Positions 1-9,577 of a stretch of DNA of 64,000 bases are shown here, one piece after another. Position 1 is the first letter of the stretch. Each line of letters begins with the position of its first letter. The stretch is taken from positions 8,007 to 72,006 of the forward strand of contig CAZVIA010000001.1 of the NCBI GenBank assembly GCA_964627525.1, read 5' to 3'. Made by a program: the position numbers and the translations under genes. The notes beneath the pieces are model-generated. The model did not search any database. It saw only the letters and a program-made list of their open reading frames with translations, and had not been told where the DNA came from. The DNA comes from an uncultured Gammaproteobacteria bacterium (GTDB lineage Bacteria > Patescibacteriota > Patescibacteriia > Magasanikbacterales > JBBTQS01).

Positions 1-2
1 CA

Positions 3-1514
3 AATTGTAATTATGATGTGTGTGAAGATGGTTGTGAGTATGAAGGTGCTTGTCCAGCACGTTGTATCCCACATGAACATGATGATGATCACCCTACTAC
101 TAATCAACCATATACATATGCCCCAGAAGACTGTGGGGGTGGTTGGAATTGGAATAGTGATACAGAGTCATGTGTTCGTCCAGGTGTAAATTGTTCAAGT
201 TATAGTAGTGTTTGTGGTGCTTGTCCACAAGGTGATATGAATGATAGTTATTGGTGTGAATATGATGGAGATGGTTGTCCAATGGCTTGTAGAGAAGTAG
301 GACAATGTGATAATGATGGGTATTGTGATCCAGGAGAAAGTTATGAAGATTGTTCATCAGATTGCGGAACATATTCTGGAGGACAGTGTGATCATGATGG
401 ATACTGTGACACAGGTGAGACTCCGTCAGATTGTCCAGATTGTTCAAGTTATACAAGTAGTTGTAATAATAATGGTACTTGTGAAGATGGTGAAACTTTT
501 GAAGGTTGTGGATCAGATTGTTCAGGAAGTTGTGATAATGATGGGTCATGTGATCCAGGCGAAGATATGGGAAATTGTGGATATGATTGTGGTGGTTCAT
601 GTGATAATGATGGAACTTGTGAATCAGGTGAAGATAGTATGAATTGTGGTCATGATTGTGACTCAATGTATGGTACAGGAGGTAGTTGTGATTACAATGG
701 AGTATGTGAATCAGATGAGAATAGTTCAAGTTGTCCAGAAGACTGTAATGTTGTAGATTCTGGTGCAGCATATGATGATGTTACATTGCATGGGGCAACA
801 ATAACAGACAGTGGTCTACAGATTAGTTATTCTAAGAACTTTAGTACTTGTGCCCACTTATTATTCTCCAGCTTTGGAATGGCAACATCATATAATTATT
901 ATTGCACAATGGGTGACTCAATTGTGGTTACACAGCCTTTGGATCAATTTTCAGTAAGTGCTGGAGATTCAATAATGTTGTGCCATGGAAATAATTATGG
1001 AGTGTGTAGTGGTACTGCTGCTATAACTGATTCAAGAAGTAGTGTGTCTAGTTCGGATGATAGTGATAATACTAGTCAAGGAGAATCTTGTGGCTCAACA
1101 ACTTGCGGATTATCAACTGATTGGTGTGCAGACTCTTCAAGAAGTATGTGTTGTCCAACAGGTACCTCAGTGTTGTGTGATAGTGGTGCGTGTACAAATA
1201 GCCTGTCTGATTGTGGTGATCATTATGATGACGAATACCACGACGATGATTTTGATTACTACCATGATGATGGTGGTGCACCATGTGGTACAGGAAATAC
1301 TTGTGCTCAAGGTGACTGGTGTGCTGATGTATCAAATGGATGGTGTTGTCCAGCTTATGCAGAACATATTTGTGATGATGGTCGTTGTGTAGAAAATTAT
1401 TCTGAATGTGATTCACAAAGCTATAATGACACAGGTTTTTGGAAAAGACTTGGAATTAAATGGGACAGCTTTATTTCTAAGTTGCTAGGAGTTTCAAGAG
1501 CATCTAGGTACTAA
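3..1514 (+). CDS. Cys/Asp-rich repeat surface protein, 5'-partial
   Basis: Frame is open from the window edge. Tandem C-D-[NH]-D-G-x-C-[DE]-x-G-E-x4-C-x2-D-C repeats; C-terminal amphipathic FWKRLGIKWDSFISKLLG. Confidence 0.75.
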   Translation, partial: NCNYDVCEDGCEYEGACPARCIPHEHDDDHPTTNQPYTYAPEDCGGGWNWNSDTESCVRPGVNCSSYSSVCGACPQGDMNDSYWCEYDGDGCPMACREVGQCDNDGYCDPGESYEDCSSDCGTYSGGQCDHDGYCDTGETPSDCPDCSSYTSSCNNNGTCEDGETFEGCGSDCSGSCDNDGSCDPGEDMGNCGYDCGGSCDNDGTCESGEDSMNCGHDCDSMYGTGGSCDYNGVCESDENSSSCPEDCNVVDSGAAYDDVTLHGATITDSGLQISYSKNFSTCAHLLFSSFGMATSYNYYCTMGDSIVVTQPLDQFSVSAGDSIMLCHGNNYGVCSGTAAITDSRSSVSSSDDSDNTSQGESCGSTTCGLSTDWCADSSRSMCCPTGTSVLCDSGACTNSLSDCGDHYDDEYHDDDFDYYHDDGGAPCGTGNTCAQGDWCADVSNGWCCPAYAEHICDDGRCVENYSECDSQSYNDTGFWKRLGIKWDSFISKLLGVSRASRY

Positions 1515-1535
1515 GCACAAAATAAATAAAAACCA

Positions 1536-1561
1536 AAAACCCGGCAGCCAGTCGGGTTTTT
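1536..1561 (+). terminator. Intrinsic terminator
   Basis: aaaacccggc-agcca-gtcgggtttt hairpin with T tract after the stop codon. Confidence 0.7.
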
Positions 1562-1563
1562 AC

Positions 1564-1592
1564 TTGACTTATTACAGAGAAAATGTTATAGT
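1564..1592 (+). promoter_or_regulatory. sigma70 promoter of ndk
   Basis: TTGACT-17 nt-TATAGT with extended TG. Confidence 0.65.
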
Positions 1593-1615
1593 TTTGCCAA
1601 ATTAATTTATAATTT

Positions 1616-2101
1616 ATGGATTTTAAAGGATTAAAAGAAAAAACATTAGTGCTTATTAAACCAGATGGCATTCAAAGAGCATTGGTTGGTGAGATTGTAG
1701 ATCGTTTTGAAAGAAAAGGTCTTAAGTTGATTGGTTTAAAAATGATGAAACTAGATGAGGCTTTGCTAAGAGAACATTATGCACATATTAAGGATAAGGA
1801 TTTTTATCCAGGTGTTGAAAGATTTATGATGAGTTCTCCTGTGATTGCAATGTGCTGGGAAGGTTTAGAGGTTGTTGATGCTGTACGATTGATTACTGGA
1901 ATTACAAAATCACGTGAAGCAGAAGCTGGTTCTGTTAGGGGTGACTTAGCAATGAGTGTTGCTTGTAATGTAATTCATGCTTCAGATTCTTTGGAAAATG
2001 CAAAAGTTGAAGTACAGAGGTTTTTTAAAGAAGAAGAATTATTTGAATATCAAAAATCTGACTACTTGTTTGTGTATACTGAAGACGAGTTAGATCAATA
2101 A
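1616..2101 (+). CDS. ndk: Nucleoside diphosphate kinase
   Basis: TLVLIKPDG and NVIHASDS (catalytic His) motifs. Confidence 0.95.
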   Translation: MDFKGLKEKTLVLIKPDGIQRALVGEIVDRFERKGLKLIGLKMMKLDEALLREHYAHIKDKDFYPGVERFMMSSPVIAMCWEGLEVVDAVRLITGITKSREAEAGSVRGDLAMSVACNVIHASDSLENAKVEVQRFFKEEELFEYQKSDYLFVYTEDELDQ

Positions 2102-2120
2102 TTTTGTTAAAATTTTTTAA

Positions 2121-2154
2121 AAAGCCCAACCACTCCGAGTGGTCGGGCTTTTTT
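2121..2154 (+). terminator. Intrinsic terminator of ndk
   Basis: aaagcccaaccact-ccg-agtggtcgggctttttt. Confidence 0.75.
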
Positions 2155-2186
2155 GTATCAAACCAAGCTCGTGCTATACTGAAATT

Positions 2187-2324
2187 GACCCTCTAGAGCG
2201 GATCTATGATATTCCTCTACAACCTTATCCCTAGAGTTTGTCGGGATCGCTATCACTGTGGTGAAAAGCACTGACGAACCACCTATTTAGCGGGGGTAAG
2301 TCGTAGATCCGCAACAGAGTGGTT
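2187..2324 (+). ncRNA. Putative 6S-like RNA
   Basis: Extended -10 TGcTATACT (2172-2180). Rod-like fold: gcggatctatga/tcgtagatccgc closing stem, central bubble, gtttgtcgg/ctgacgaac apical stem, T-rich tail. Confidence 0.55.
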
Positions 2325-2492
2325 TTTTGTTTTTTAGATTTTTTAAAATGTATAGGTTTGGTTTTTGTTAAGATATAAGTTTTTAATTGAGAAGTTTATT
2401 TTTTGGCTAAATTTAGCAAAAAAAACTAGGATTTTAATTCAAAATAAAATTTCGTATTTGTATAGGTTTGAAATGTGTGTTAAGGTATTTAT

Positions 2493-3212
2493 ATGAAGTA
2501 TACTATCGGACAAACAGCAAAAATATTGGGTGTAACTGCACAAACTTTAAGGAGGTGGGAGGCTTCTGGTTTGTTAATGTCACATCGTTCAAAAGGAGGG
2601 CATAGATATTATGAAGAAGACGAAATTAGGGAATATTGCAATAGTCTTGATATTTTTAAATTGGCTTTTAATTGGACATTATCAGATACTGGTGAAAATA
2701 TATTAAAACACTTTTATTGTTCTGATTCATCAGTGTTTAAAGCAAGACTTGGCAAAATGTTAACAGAGTTACAAAAAGATTTGAGTGTTAGAAATTTAGC
2801 ATCATTAATTACAGCATCTGCAGGTGAGATAGGTAATAATTCCTTTGATCATAATTTGGGGAATTGGCCTGATAAAGCTGGAATTTTTTTTGGTTATCAT
2901 ACAAAAAAAAGACAAATTGTGTTAGCAGATCGTGGTCAAGGGGTTTTAACAACATTAAGTAGGGTAAGACCTGAATTGAAAATAGAAAAAGATGCTTTAA
3001 AGGTTGCTTTTACTGAATTTGTTACTGGTAGAGCTCCTCAACATAGGGGTAATGGTCTAAAGTGGGTTAAAAAAAATGTCTGTGATTATGATCTAGACTT
3101 GGTTTTTCAGTCAGGAAATGCCCGTTTAAAGATTGGGGGTGGTAATGAGGAATTAAAAATAAAGGAAGTAAAGAATAAAATACAAGGATGTTTATCCTTT
3201 ATTAATTATTGA
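2493..3212 (+). CDS. MerR-type HTH fused to a GHKL/HATPase-like domain
   Basis: N-terminal YTIGQTAKILGVTAQTLRRWE...GGHRYY; ATPase-like boxes EIGNNSFDH, DRGQG, RGNGL. Confidence 0.75.
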   Translation: MKYTIGQTAKILGVTAQTLRRWEASGLLMSHRSKGGHRYYEEDEIREYCNSLDIFKLAFNWTLSDTGENILKHFYCSDSSVFKARLGKMLTELQKDLSVRNLASLITASAGEIGNNSFDHNLGNWPDKAGIFFGYHTKKRQIVLADRGQGVLTTLSRVRPELKIEKDALKVAFTEFVTGRAPQHRGNGLKWVKKNVCDYDLDLVFQSGNARLKIGGGNEELKIKEVKNKIQGCLSFINY

Positions 3213-3213
3213 T

Positions 3214-3504
3214 ATGAAAATTGAATTAAAAAAATTTGGAAACATATTGATTTCTAGGCAATCTGGTCGTGAAGCATATAATGCATTTAAGCCAACAATG
3301 CAAAATATTGGTGAATCAGAAGAGGTTGTTTTGGATTTTGTGGGAGTTGATGTCTTGTCTCCTTCGTGGGCAGATGAATTTATAACTATTTTAGTAAAAG
3401 ATTTTTCAAATAATATTATAGTTAAAAAAACTGATAATTTGTCAGTGATTGAAACTTTGGATTTATTGCAGAAAATAAATAATTATATTTTAGAAATTAA
3501 GTAA
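3214..3504 (+). CDS. STAS-like (DUF4325-type) protein
   Basis: LISRQSGREA...VVLDFVGVDVLSPSWADEF pattern; follows the HATPase-like gene. Confidence 0.7.
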   Translation: MKIELKKFGNILISRQSGREAYNAFKPTMQNIGESEEVVLDFVGVDVLSPSWADEFITILVKDFSNNIIVKKTDNLSVIETLDLLQKINNYILEIK

Positions 3505-3535
3505 GTGTTTTTGTTTGTAAAATATATAAAAACCT

Positions 3536-3865
3536 ATGGATTTTGATGAATATCAAGAAAAAGCAGCAACAACTGCAAAATATGCTGACAAAGGCAATAA
3601 CTTGGCTTATCCGGTTTTGGGATTAAATGGTGAGGCAGGTGAAGTCGCAGAAAAAGCTAAAAAAATTATTCGCGACCACAATAATATAATGACTGATCAG
3701 CACAGACAAGAAATTGCAAAAGAACTTGGAGATGTTTTATGGTATGTTGCAGCTGTTACTTCTGAAATAGGTTTTTCAATGCAAGATGTTGCGCAGATGA
3801 ATATAGATAAGTTAGCATCTCGAGATAAAAGAAATATGATTCATGGAAGTGGAGATAATAGATAA
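3536..3865 (+). CDS. MazG-like nucleotide pyrophosphohydrolase
   Basis: LGLNGEAGEVAEK...KELGDVLWY...NIDKLASR. Confidence 0.85.
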   Translation: MDFDEYQEKAATTAKYADKGNNLAYPVLGLNGEAGEVAEKAKKIIRDHNNIMTDQHRQEIAKELGDVLWYVAAVTSEIGFSMQDVAQMNIDKLASRDKRNMIHGSGDNR

Positions 3866-3896
3866 TTTTAAAAACACAAAAATTTTTACAAACAAA

Positions 3897-4997
3897 ATGA
3901 AAAAAGTTTTCCTAACAATTTTACTAATGATCGCAGCAATAGCTGTAAGTTTGTTTGTTGTAAAAACACAAGGTCTGAATTTTTATTCTCAAAAAGTTTA
4001 TTTACAAAAAGCAGGTTTTGGTAATTTAATTTCAAAAGAAAATAAAAAACCAGATCGCCCTGACCCAACAAAAATTACAATCCAAACCTTTGGTGATTTA
4101 ATGTTGGATCGTTATGTTAGAAAAACTATTAACAATCACAGTTCAGAATATCCATTTGAGAATATTAAAGACTTGCTTGATCAGGCAGATTTTAATGTGG
4201 TGAATTTAGAAGGTACTCTCACGGATTTTCCAACAAAATCAATTCAACCAAATGACACGACTTTTACTTTTTCAAAAAGACATGCAGAAACTTTGCGCGA
4301 TTTGAATTTTACAATTACAAGTTTGGCAAATAATCATTCAAGAGATTTTGGGACAACAGGTGCACAGCAAACTAAAGAAACTTTGAAAACAAATAACATT
4401 GCTTATTTTGGCGACTATTTTAATAAAAATGAAATTTCGCATGTTGAAAATTATTCTGGCACGAAAATTGGTTTTGTTGGATATCATCAGTTAAGTAATA
4501 CAGGTTTTCAAAATGTTTTAAATGAAGTTGCGCGACTTAGAGACAAAGTAGATTTTTTGATTGTGTACGCACACTGGGGGATTGAATATGCGCGCATGAA
4601 TTTTTCAGATGCACAACAAGCTGCAGCTTATCAATTAATTGAGGAGGGTGCAGATGCGGTTGTTGGAATGCATCCGCATGTTGTTCAGCCGATTGAAATT
4701 TATAAAGGGAAAATTATTTTTTATTCTCTGGGGAATTTTGTTTTTGATCAGTTGTTTTCAGATGATGTAAGGGAGGAATTGGGTGTGCGAATTATTATTG
4801 AACCAAAACAAGTGACTTATCAATTTATTACTTTGGAAAATATTGATATTCAAATTCATGAAACAACAGGTGATAAGCGCAGAGAGTTGTTAAGAGAAAT
4901 TGCGCAAGCTTCTGAGATTTCAGATTTTTTCAAAGAGCAAGTTAAGAGAGGAGAAGTTGTGTTAAGAGAAACAGCTTTTTCAAACTTTATTAAATAA
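3897..4997 (+). CDS. CapA/PgsA-family metallophosphoesterase-like protein
   Basis: N-terminal TM segment; GDLMLDR, NLEG, LANNHSRDFG, HWGIEY, HPHVVQ, YSLGNF motifs. Confidence 0.85.
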   Translation: MKKVFLTILLMIAAIAVSLFVVKTQGLNFYSQKVYLQKAGFGNLISKENKKPDRPDPTKITIQTFGDLMLDRYVRKTINNHSSEYPFENIKDLLDQADFNVVNLEGTLTDFPTKSIQPNDTTFTFSKRHAETLRDLNFTITSLANNHSRDFGTTGAQQTKETLKTNNIAYFGDYFNKNEISHVENYSGTKIGFVGYHQLSNTGFQNVLNEVARLRDKVDFLIVYAHWGIEYARMNFSDAQQAAAYQLIEEGADAVVGMHPHVVQPIEIYKGKIIFYSLGNFVFDQLFSDDVREELGVRIIIEPKQVTYQFITLENIDIQIHETTGDKRRELLREIAQASEISDFFKEQVKRGEVVLRETAFSNFIK

Positions 4998-5029
4998 AAA
5001 AATTGCTCAGATTCTAGAGCAATTTTTTT
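4998..5029. terminator. Bidirectional terminator between the capA-like gene and rpmB
   Basis: aaaaaattgctc...gagcaatttttt inverted repeat between convergent genes. Confidence 0.55.
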
Positions 5030-5213
5030 ATACAGCGGCTACAGCTTTTTTAGTCATTGTACGAAGGCAACTTGTGCAAATTTTTGCTTTTTTACCTTCA
5101 ACTTTTTTTGACTGAAGATTAATATTAATCTTTCTAGGAGTAGCGCGCATTGATTTGCTGCGATTGTTTCCTCGACGAGGACCACGGGCGCAGACATCAC
5201 AAGTTCTAGACAT
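5028..5213 (-). CDS. rpmB: 50S ribosomal protein L28
   Basis: MSRTCDVC..GNNRSKS..NLQ..KICTSCLR. Confidence 0.9.
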   Translation of the reverse strand: MSRTCDVCARGPRRGNNRSKSMRATPRKININLQSKKVEGKKAKICTSCLRTMTKKAVAAV

Positions 5214-5312
5214 ATAATTGATTTAACAGTGTTTATAGGTTACAATATTAGAGATACAAAGTCAAGTCTCTGTGTAGCCTCGTGCCACCGGCGCTCGGCT
5301 TACCAATAAATT

Positions 5313-5921
5313 ATGGAATTATATTTAACATTATTTAGCATTGCCGTACTTATTTTTTCTGCTGTTTTTCATGAATACATGCATGGGTGGACAGCAAATC
5401 AATTAGGTGACGCAACTGCAAAATATGCTGGCAGATTAACTTTAGATCCAAGAAAGCACATAGATTTGTTTGGAACAATTTTATTGCCAATATTTTTATA
5501 CCTAATTAGTGGTTTTGTTTTTGGTTATGCAAAGCCAGTTCCATATAATCCTTATAATTTAAAATATCACAAATGGGGGCCGGCAATAGTTGGGGTGGCA
5601 GGTCCATTATCAAATTTATTTTTAGCATTGGTTTTTGGTTTTCTTGCAAGCTTAACTGCTGATATTGTTTTATTGAGATTGCTTTATATTATTGTAAATA
5701 TAAATGTATTGCTAGCAGTGTTTAATTTAGTACCAATTCCTCCGCTAGATGGTTCAAAAATTCTCTACGCACTTCTCCCAACATCAGCACAGCACATAAA
5801 AGCAGTATTAGATCGATATGGAATAATCTTAGTTTTCTTTTTTGTCTTCTTTTTATTCAAAATTTTAAGCCCAATAATCAAGTGGGTTACAGAGTTATTT
5901 TTTATGTTTAATGTTTCTTGA
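5313..5921 (+). CDS. Site-2 protease (peptidase M50)
   Basis: HEYMH, AGPLSN and FNLVPIPPLDG motifs; several TM segments. Confidence 0.9.
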   Translation: MELYLTLFSIAVLIFSAVFHEYMHGWTANQLGDATAKYAGRLTLDPRKHIDLFGTILLPIFLYLISGFVFGYAKPVPYNPYNLKYHKWGPAIVGVAGPLSNLFLALVFGFLASLTADIVLLRLLYIIVNINVLLAVFNLVPIPPLDGSKILYALLPTSAQHIKAVLDRYGIILVFFFVFFLFKILSPIIKWVTELFFMFNVS

Positions 5922-5960
5922 CGTTTTGTTAAGCTGTGTTATAGTTTCAATTTTGCTAAT

Positions 5961-6266
5961 TTGGCACGGAAGTTTGGTGTTAATTTTAATGAACAAAAAG
6001 ATCCTCATATTATCCAAATGAGAAAAAAATTAAATGAATTGGGTGGTATAGATTTTAAAATTGAACAATATCCAGATGGGTCTTGGGCAGCTGAATCAAC
6101 AAATGTAGACGGTATTATTACAGGTGGCACTTATATAAAAAATATTCCAGAATCTATTAGGGATGCAACTTTTACTTATTTTGGAGTTCCTCCCTATTTG
6201 TGTGTTGATAATTTATTAAAAGCAAATAATGAGCCAGTTGTCTTGAAGCAACATGTATATGTCTAA
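5961..6266 (+). CDS. HicB-like antitoxin domain protein (start uncertain)
   Basis: FKIEQYPDGSWAAE...GIITGG...ESIRDA resembles the HicB N-terminal domain; overlaps the HicA-like gene. Confidence 0.5.
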   Translation: MARKFGVNFNEQKDPHIIQMRKKLNELGGIDFKIEQYPDGSWAAESTNVDGIITGGTYIKNIPESIRDATFTYFGVPPYLCVDNLLKANNEPVVLKQHVYV

Positions 6267-6456
6267 TCGTAGTTTTTCTGATATATCTCAAAAACAATGG
6301 AAAAAGGCATGTAAAAAATTAGGACTAGAGATTAAAACAAAATCAGGGAAAGGAAGTCATATTTTAGTGTGCCACCCTTTTATTAATATAAAAATTTTTA
6401 AAAAACTACTAAAGTGGGGTTTTTCTGAAGATCAAATTTGGGGTGCTTTAAATTAA
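6259..6456 (+). CDS. HicA-like toxin, short and possibly internally deleted
   Basis: KKLGLEIK..GKGSH motif. Confidence 0.5.
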   Translation: MSNRSFSDISQKQWKKACKKLGLEIKTKSGKGSHILVCHPFINIKIFKKLLKWGFSEDQIWGALN

Positions 6457-6467
6457 AATAAGTAAGC

Positions 6468-6496
6468 TTGACTAATTTCACGCACTAATATACAAT
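6468..6496 (+). promoter_or_regulatory. sigma70 promoter of the str operon
   Basis: TTGACT-17 nt-TACAAT. Confidence 0.65.
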
Positions 6497-6526
6497 ATCC
6501 CCGTGGCTAAATAGCTTATTTTTTAT

Positions 6527-6943
6527 ATGCCAACAATGAATCAATTGATCCGTAAAGGACGCAAATCAAAGACGACTAAATCAAAGTCGCCTGCTTTGCA
6601 ATTTACATTTAATTCAATCAGACGTAAAAAAACTTACTTAAAACGTGGTGCTCCATTTAAAAGAGGAGTCTGTGTAAAAGTAACAACAGTTACTCCAAAA
6701 AAACCTAACTCAGCTCTTCGTAAAATTGCTCGTGTGCGTTTAAGTAATGGAATGGAAGTAACAGCATATATCCCAGGTGAAGGTCACAATCTTCAAGAAC
6801 ACAGTATTGTACTATTAAGAGGTGGTCGTGTAAAAGATTTACCAGGTGTGCGTTATCACATTGTTCGTGGTGTTTATGATACAGCTGGTGTAGAAGGAAG
6901 AAAGCAGAGTCGTTCAATGTATGGTACTAAAAAACCTAAATAA
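6527..6943 (+). CDS. rpsL: 30S ribosomal protein S12
   Basis: [22 protein letters not shown]. Confidence 0.98.
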   Translation: MPTMNQLIRKGRKSKTTKSKSPALQFTFNSIRRKKTYLKRGAPFKRGVCVKVTTVTPKKPNSALRKIARVRLSNGMEVTAYIPGEGHNLQEHSIVLLRGGRVKDLPGVRYHIVRGVYDTAGVEGRKQSRSMYGTKKPK

Positions 6944-6948
6944 AAATT

Positions 6949-7419
6949 ATGCGCGGTAAATCAGCTCCAAAAAGAATTTTAACACCAGATCCTCGCTACG
7001 CAAGTACTTTAGTAGCAAAATTTACAAATTATTTAATGGAAAGAGGAAAGAAAAGTGTTGCGCAAACAATTGTTTATGATGCTTTTGATCGTATTGAAGA
7101 AAAGACAAAGAAAAAACCAATGGATGTTTTTGAAGAAGCATTAAAAAATATCACACCACAACTTGAAGTTCGTTCAAGACGTGTTGGTGGGGCAAACTAT
7201 CAAGTGCCAATGCCTGTTAGGGGAGACCGAAGAAATGCACTTGCTTTTCGTTGGTTAATTGCAGCAGCAAAATCAAGAAAAGGAAAACCAATGTGTATTA
7301 GACTTTCAGATGAAATCATGGCAGCAGCAGATAGTGAAGGATCGGCAGTAAAGAAAAAACAAGATGTTCACAAAATGGCAGAAAGCAACCGAGCTTTTGC
7401 GCATTTTGCTCGATATTAA
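6949..7419 (+). CDS. rpsG: 30S ribosomal protein S7
   Basis: RRVGGANYQVP, HKMAESNRAFAH. Confidence 0.98.
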   Translation: MRGKSAPKRILTPDPRYASTLVAKFTNYLMERGKKSVAQTIVYDAFDRIEEKTKKKPMDVFEEALKNITPQLEVRSRRVGGANYQVPMPVRGDRRNALAFRWLIAAAKSRKGKPMCIRLSDEIMAAADSEGSAVKKKQDVHKMAESNRAFAHFARY

Positions 7420-7459
7420 ATTAATCACAAATTTCACTCATTTTTTCACTCACTAAATT

Positions 7460-9535
7460 ATGCCGAGAGAATATAGCTTAAATGACACACGTAATATAGG
7501 AATTATTGCGCATATTGACGCTGGTAAAACAACAGTTACCGAGCGTGTACTTTTTTATACAGGAAAAAAACATAAAATTGGAGAAGTTCATGAAGGTGAA
7601 GCTGAAATGGATTGGATGGAACAAGAGCAAGAACGTGGAATTACAATTACTTCAGCAGCTACAACATGTTTTTGGGGCGGCAAAAGAATTAATATTATTG
7701 ACACACCTGGTCATGTAGATTTTACAGCAGAAGTTGAACGTAGTCTTCGTGTGCTTGATGGTGGTGCTGTGATTTTTGATGGTGTTGCTGGTGTTGAACC
7801 ACAATCTGAAACAGTTTGGCATCAAGCAGATAAGTATGAAGTTCCAAGAATTTGTTTTATAAATAAATTAGATAGAACTGGTGCAGATTTTTATAAGGAC
7901 ATAGATTCAATTCATAATCGTTTAACAAAAAAAGCAATTCCAGTTCAGTTGCCAATTGGTGAAGAAGATAAATTTGAAGGTTTGGTAGATTTGCTCAAAA
8001 TGAAAGCTTTTATTTATAAAGATGATTTAGGAAAAGAAATTGAAGAAACAGAAATTCCCGAAGCATTAAAAGAAAAAGCTGAAAAATATCATTCAGAACT
8101 TGTTGAAAAAATTGTTGAAAATGATGAGGAATTAATGACCGCATATTTAGATGGAAAAAAACCTTCTGTAGAAGATTTGAAAAGAGTTTTGCGTAAAGCA
8201 ACAATTGCGAATGAAATGATTCCGGTTTTATGTGGTACTGCTTTGAAAAATAAAGGAGTGCAACTATTACTAGATGCAATTATAGATTATTTGCCTTCAC
8301 CTTTGGATGTTCCAGCTATTGAAGGACATGATGTTAAAGATGAAGAAAAAATTATTGAGCGCAAAGCAGATGATTCAGAACCATTTTCAGCTTTGGCATT
8401 TAAAATTGCAACTGACCCGTTTGTTGGTAAATTAAGTTTTTTCCGTATTTATTCTGGTATTTTAAAATCAGGTTCATATGTTTTAAATACAGTTTCAGGA
8501 AAAAAAGAGCGTATCGGAAGAATTTTGCGAATGCATGCAAACCATAGAGAAGATGTTGATGAAGTTTATGCGGGTGAAATTGCTGCTGCAGTTGGTTTAA
8601 AAGAAACTCGCACTGGTGATACTTTGTGTGATGAAAATAATCCAATTGTTTTGGAGTCAATTACATTTCCAGAGCCAGTTATTTCTGTTGCAGTTGAACC
8701 TAAAACAAAAGCTGATCAAGAAAAAATGGGAATGGCTTTGGCTAAGTTGGCTGAAGAAGATCCAACTTTTGTTGTTTCAACTAATGAAGAAACTTTGCAA
8801 ACAATTATTGCAGGAATGGGAGAACTTCATTTGGAAATTATTATTGACCGCATGAAGCGTGAGTTTAAAGTTGAGGCAAATGTTGGTGCTCCGCAAGTTG
8901 CTTATAAAGAAACTATTAAGAAATTGGCTGAAGCAGAAGGTAAATATATTAAACAGTCTGGTGGTCGTGGGCAATATGGTCATTGTTGGTTGCGAGTTGA
9001 GCCACTTGAGCAAGGAAAAGGTTTTGAGTTTATTGATAAAATTAAAGGTGGTACTATTCCTAAGGAATATATTCCAGCTATTCAAAAAGGTGTGAAAGAA
9101 GCAATGGCGCGCGGTATTGTTGCTGGTTATCCAATTTTAGATGTACAAGTTACTGTTTATGATGGTTCATTTCATGAAGTAGACTCTTCAGAAATGGCAT
9201 TTAAAATGGCTGGATCAATGGCTTTTCAAGCTGCTGCAAAAAAAGCTAGTCCAATCATTCTTGAGCCTTTGATGAAAGTTGATGTAACAACTCCAGAAGA
9301 GTATATGGGAGATGTAATTGGTGATTTAAACTCAAAGCGTGGGCAAGTTCAAGAAATGAGTGATCGTGGTCAAGTAAAAATTGTTAAAGCAATGGTTCCT
9401 TTGTCTGAAATGTTTGGCTACACAACAAGTTTGCGTAGTATGACACAAGGGCGTGCAAGTTATTCAATGGAATTTGCACATTATACAGAGGTTCCAAAAA
9501 ATGTTGCTGAAGCAATTGCAGAAGGTAAAAAATAA
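7460..9535 (+). CDS. fusA: Elongation factor G
   Basis: [18 protein letters not shown]; 691 aa. Confidence 0.98.
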   Translation: MPREYSLNDTRNIGIIAHIDAGKTTVTERVLFYTGKKHKIGEVHEGEAEMDWMEQEQERGITITSAATTCFWGGKRINIIDTPGHVDFTAEVERSLRVLDGGAVIFDGVAGVEPQSETVWHQADKYEVPRICFINKLDRTGADFYKDIDSIHNRLTKKAIPVQLPIGEEDKFEGLVDLLKMKAFIYKDDLGKEIEETEIPEALKEKAEKYHSELVEKIVENDEELMTAYLDGKKPSVEDLKRVLRKATIANEMIPVLCGTALKNKGVQLLLDAIIDYLPSPLDVPAIEGHDVKDEEKIIERKADDSEPFSALAFKIATDPFVGKLSFFRIYSGILKSGSYVLNTVSGKKERIGRILRMHANHREDVDEVYAGEIAAAVGLKETRTGDTLCDENNPIVLESITFPEPVISVAVEPKTKADQEKMGMALAKLAEEDPTFVVSTNEETLQTIIAGMGELHLEIIIDRMKREFKVEANVGAPQVAYKETIKKLAEAEGKYIKQSGGRGQYGHCWLRVEPLEQGKGFEFIDKIKGGTIPKEYIPAIQKGVKEAMARGIVAGYPILDVQVTVYDGSFHEVDSSEMAFKMAGSMAFQAAAKKASPIILEPLMKVDVTTPEEYMGDVIGDLNSKRGQVQEMSDRGQVKIVKAMVPLSEMFGYTTSLRSMTQGRASYSMEFAHYTEVPKNVAEAIAEGKK

Positions 9536-9577
9536 AATTCAATAATTTTTTTTAAAAATAATTTAAAAAACAAAAAT

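Noticed and set aside
100-1416. His/Asn-rich antisense and alternative-frame ORFs over the Cys-rich gene
   Set aside because: Artefacts of repetitive TGT/GAT codons.
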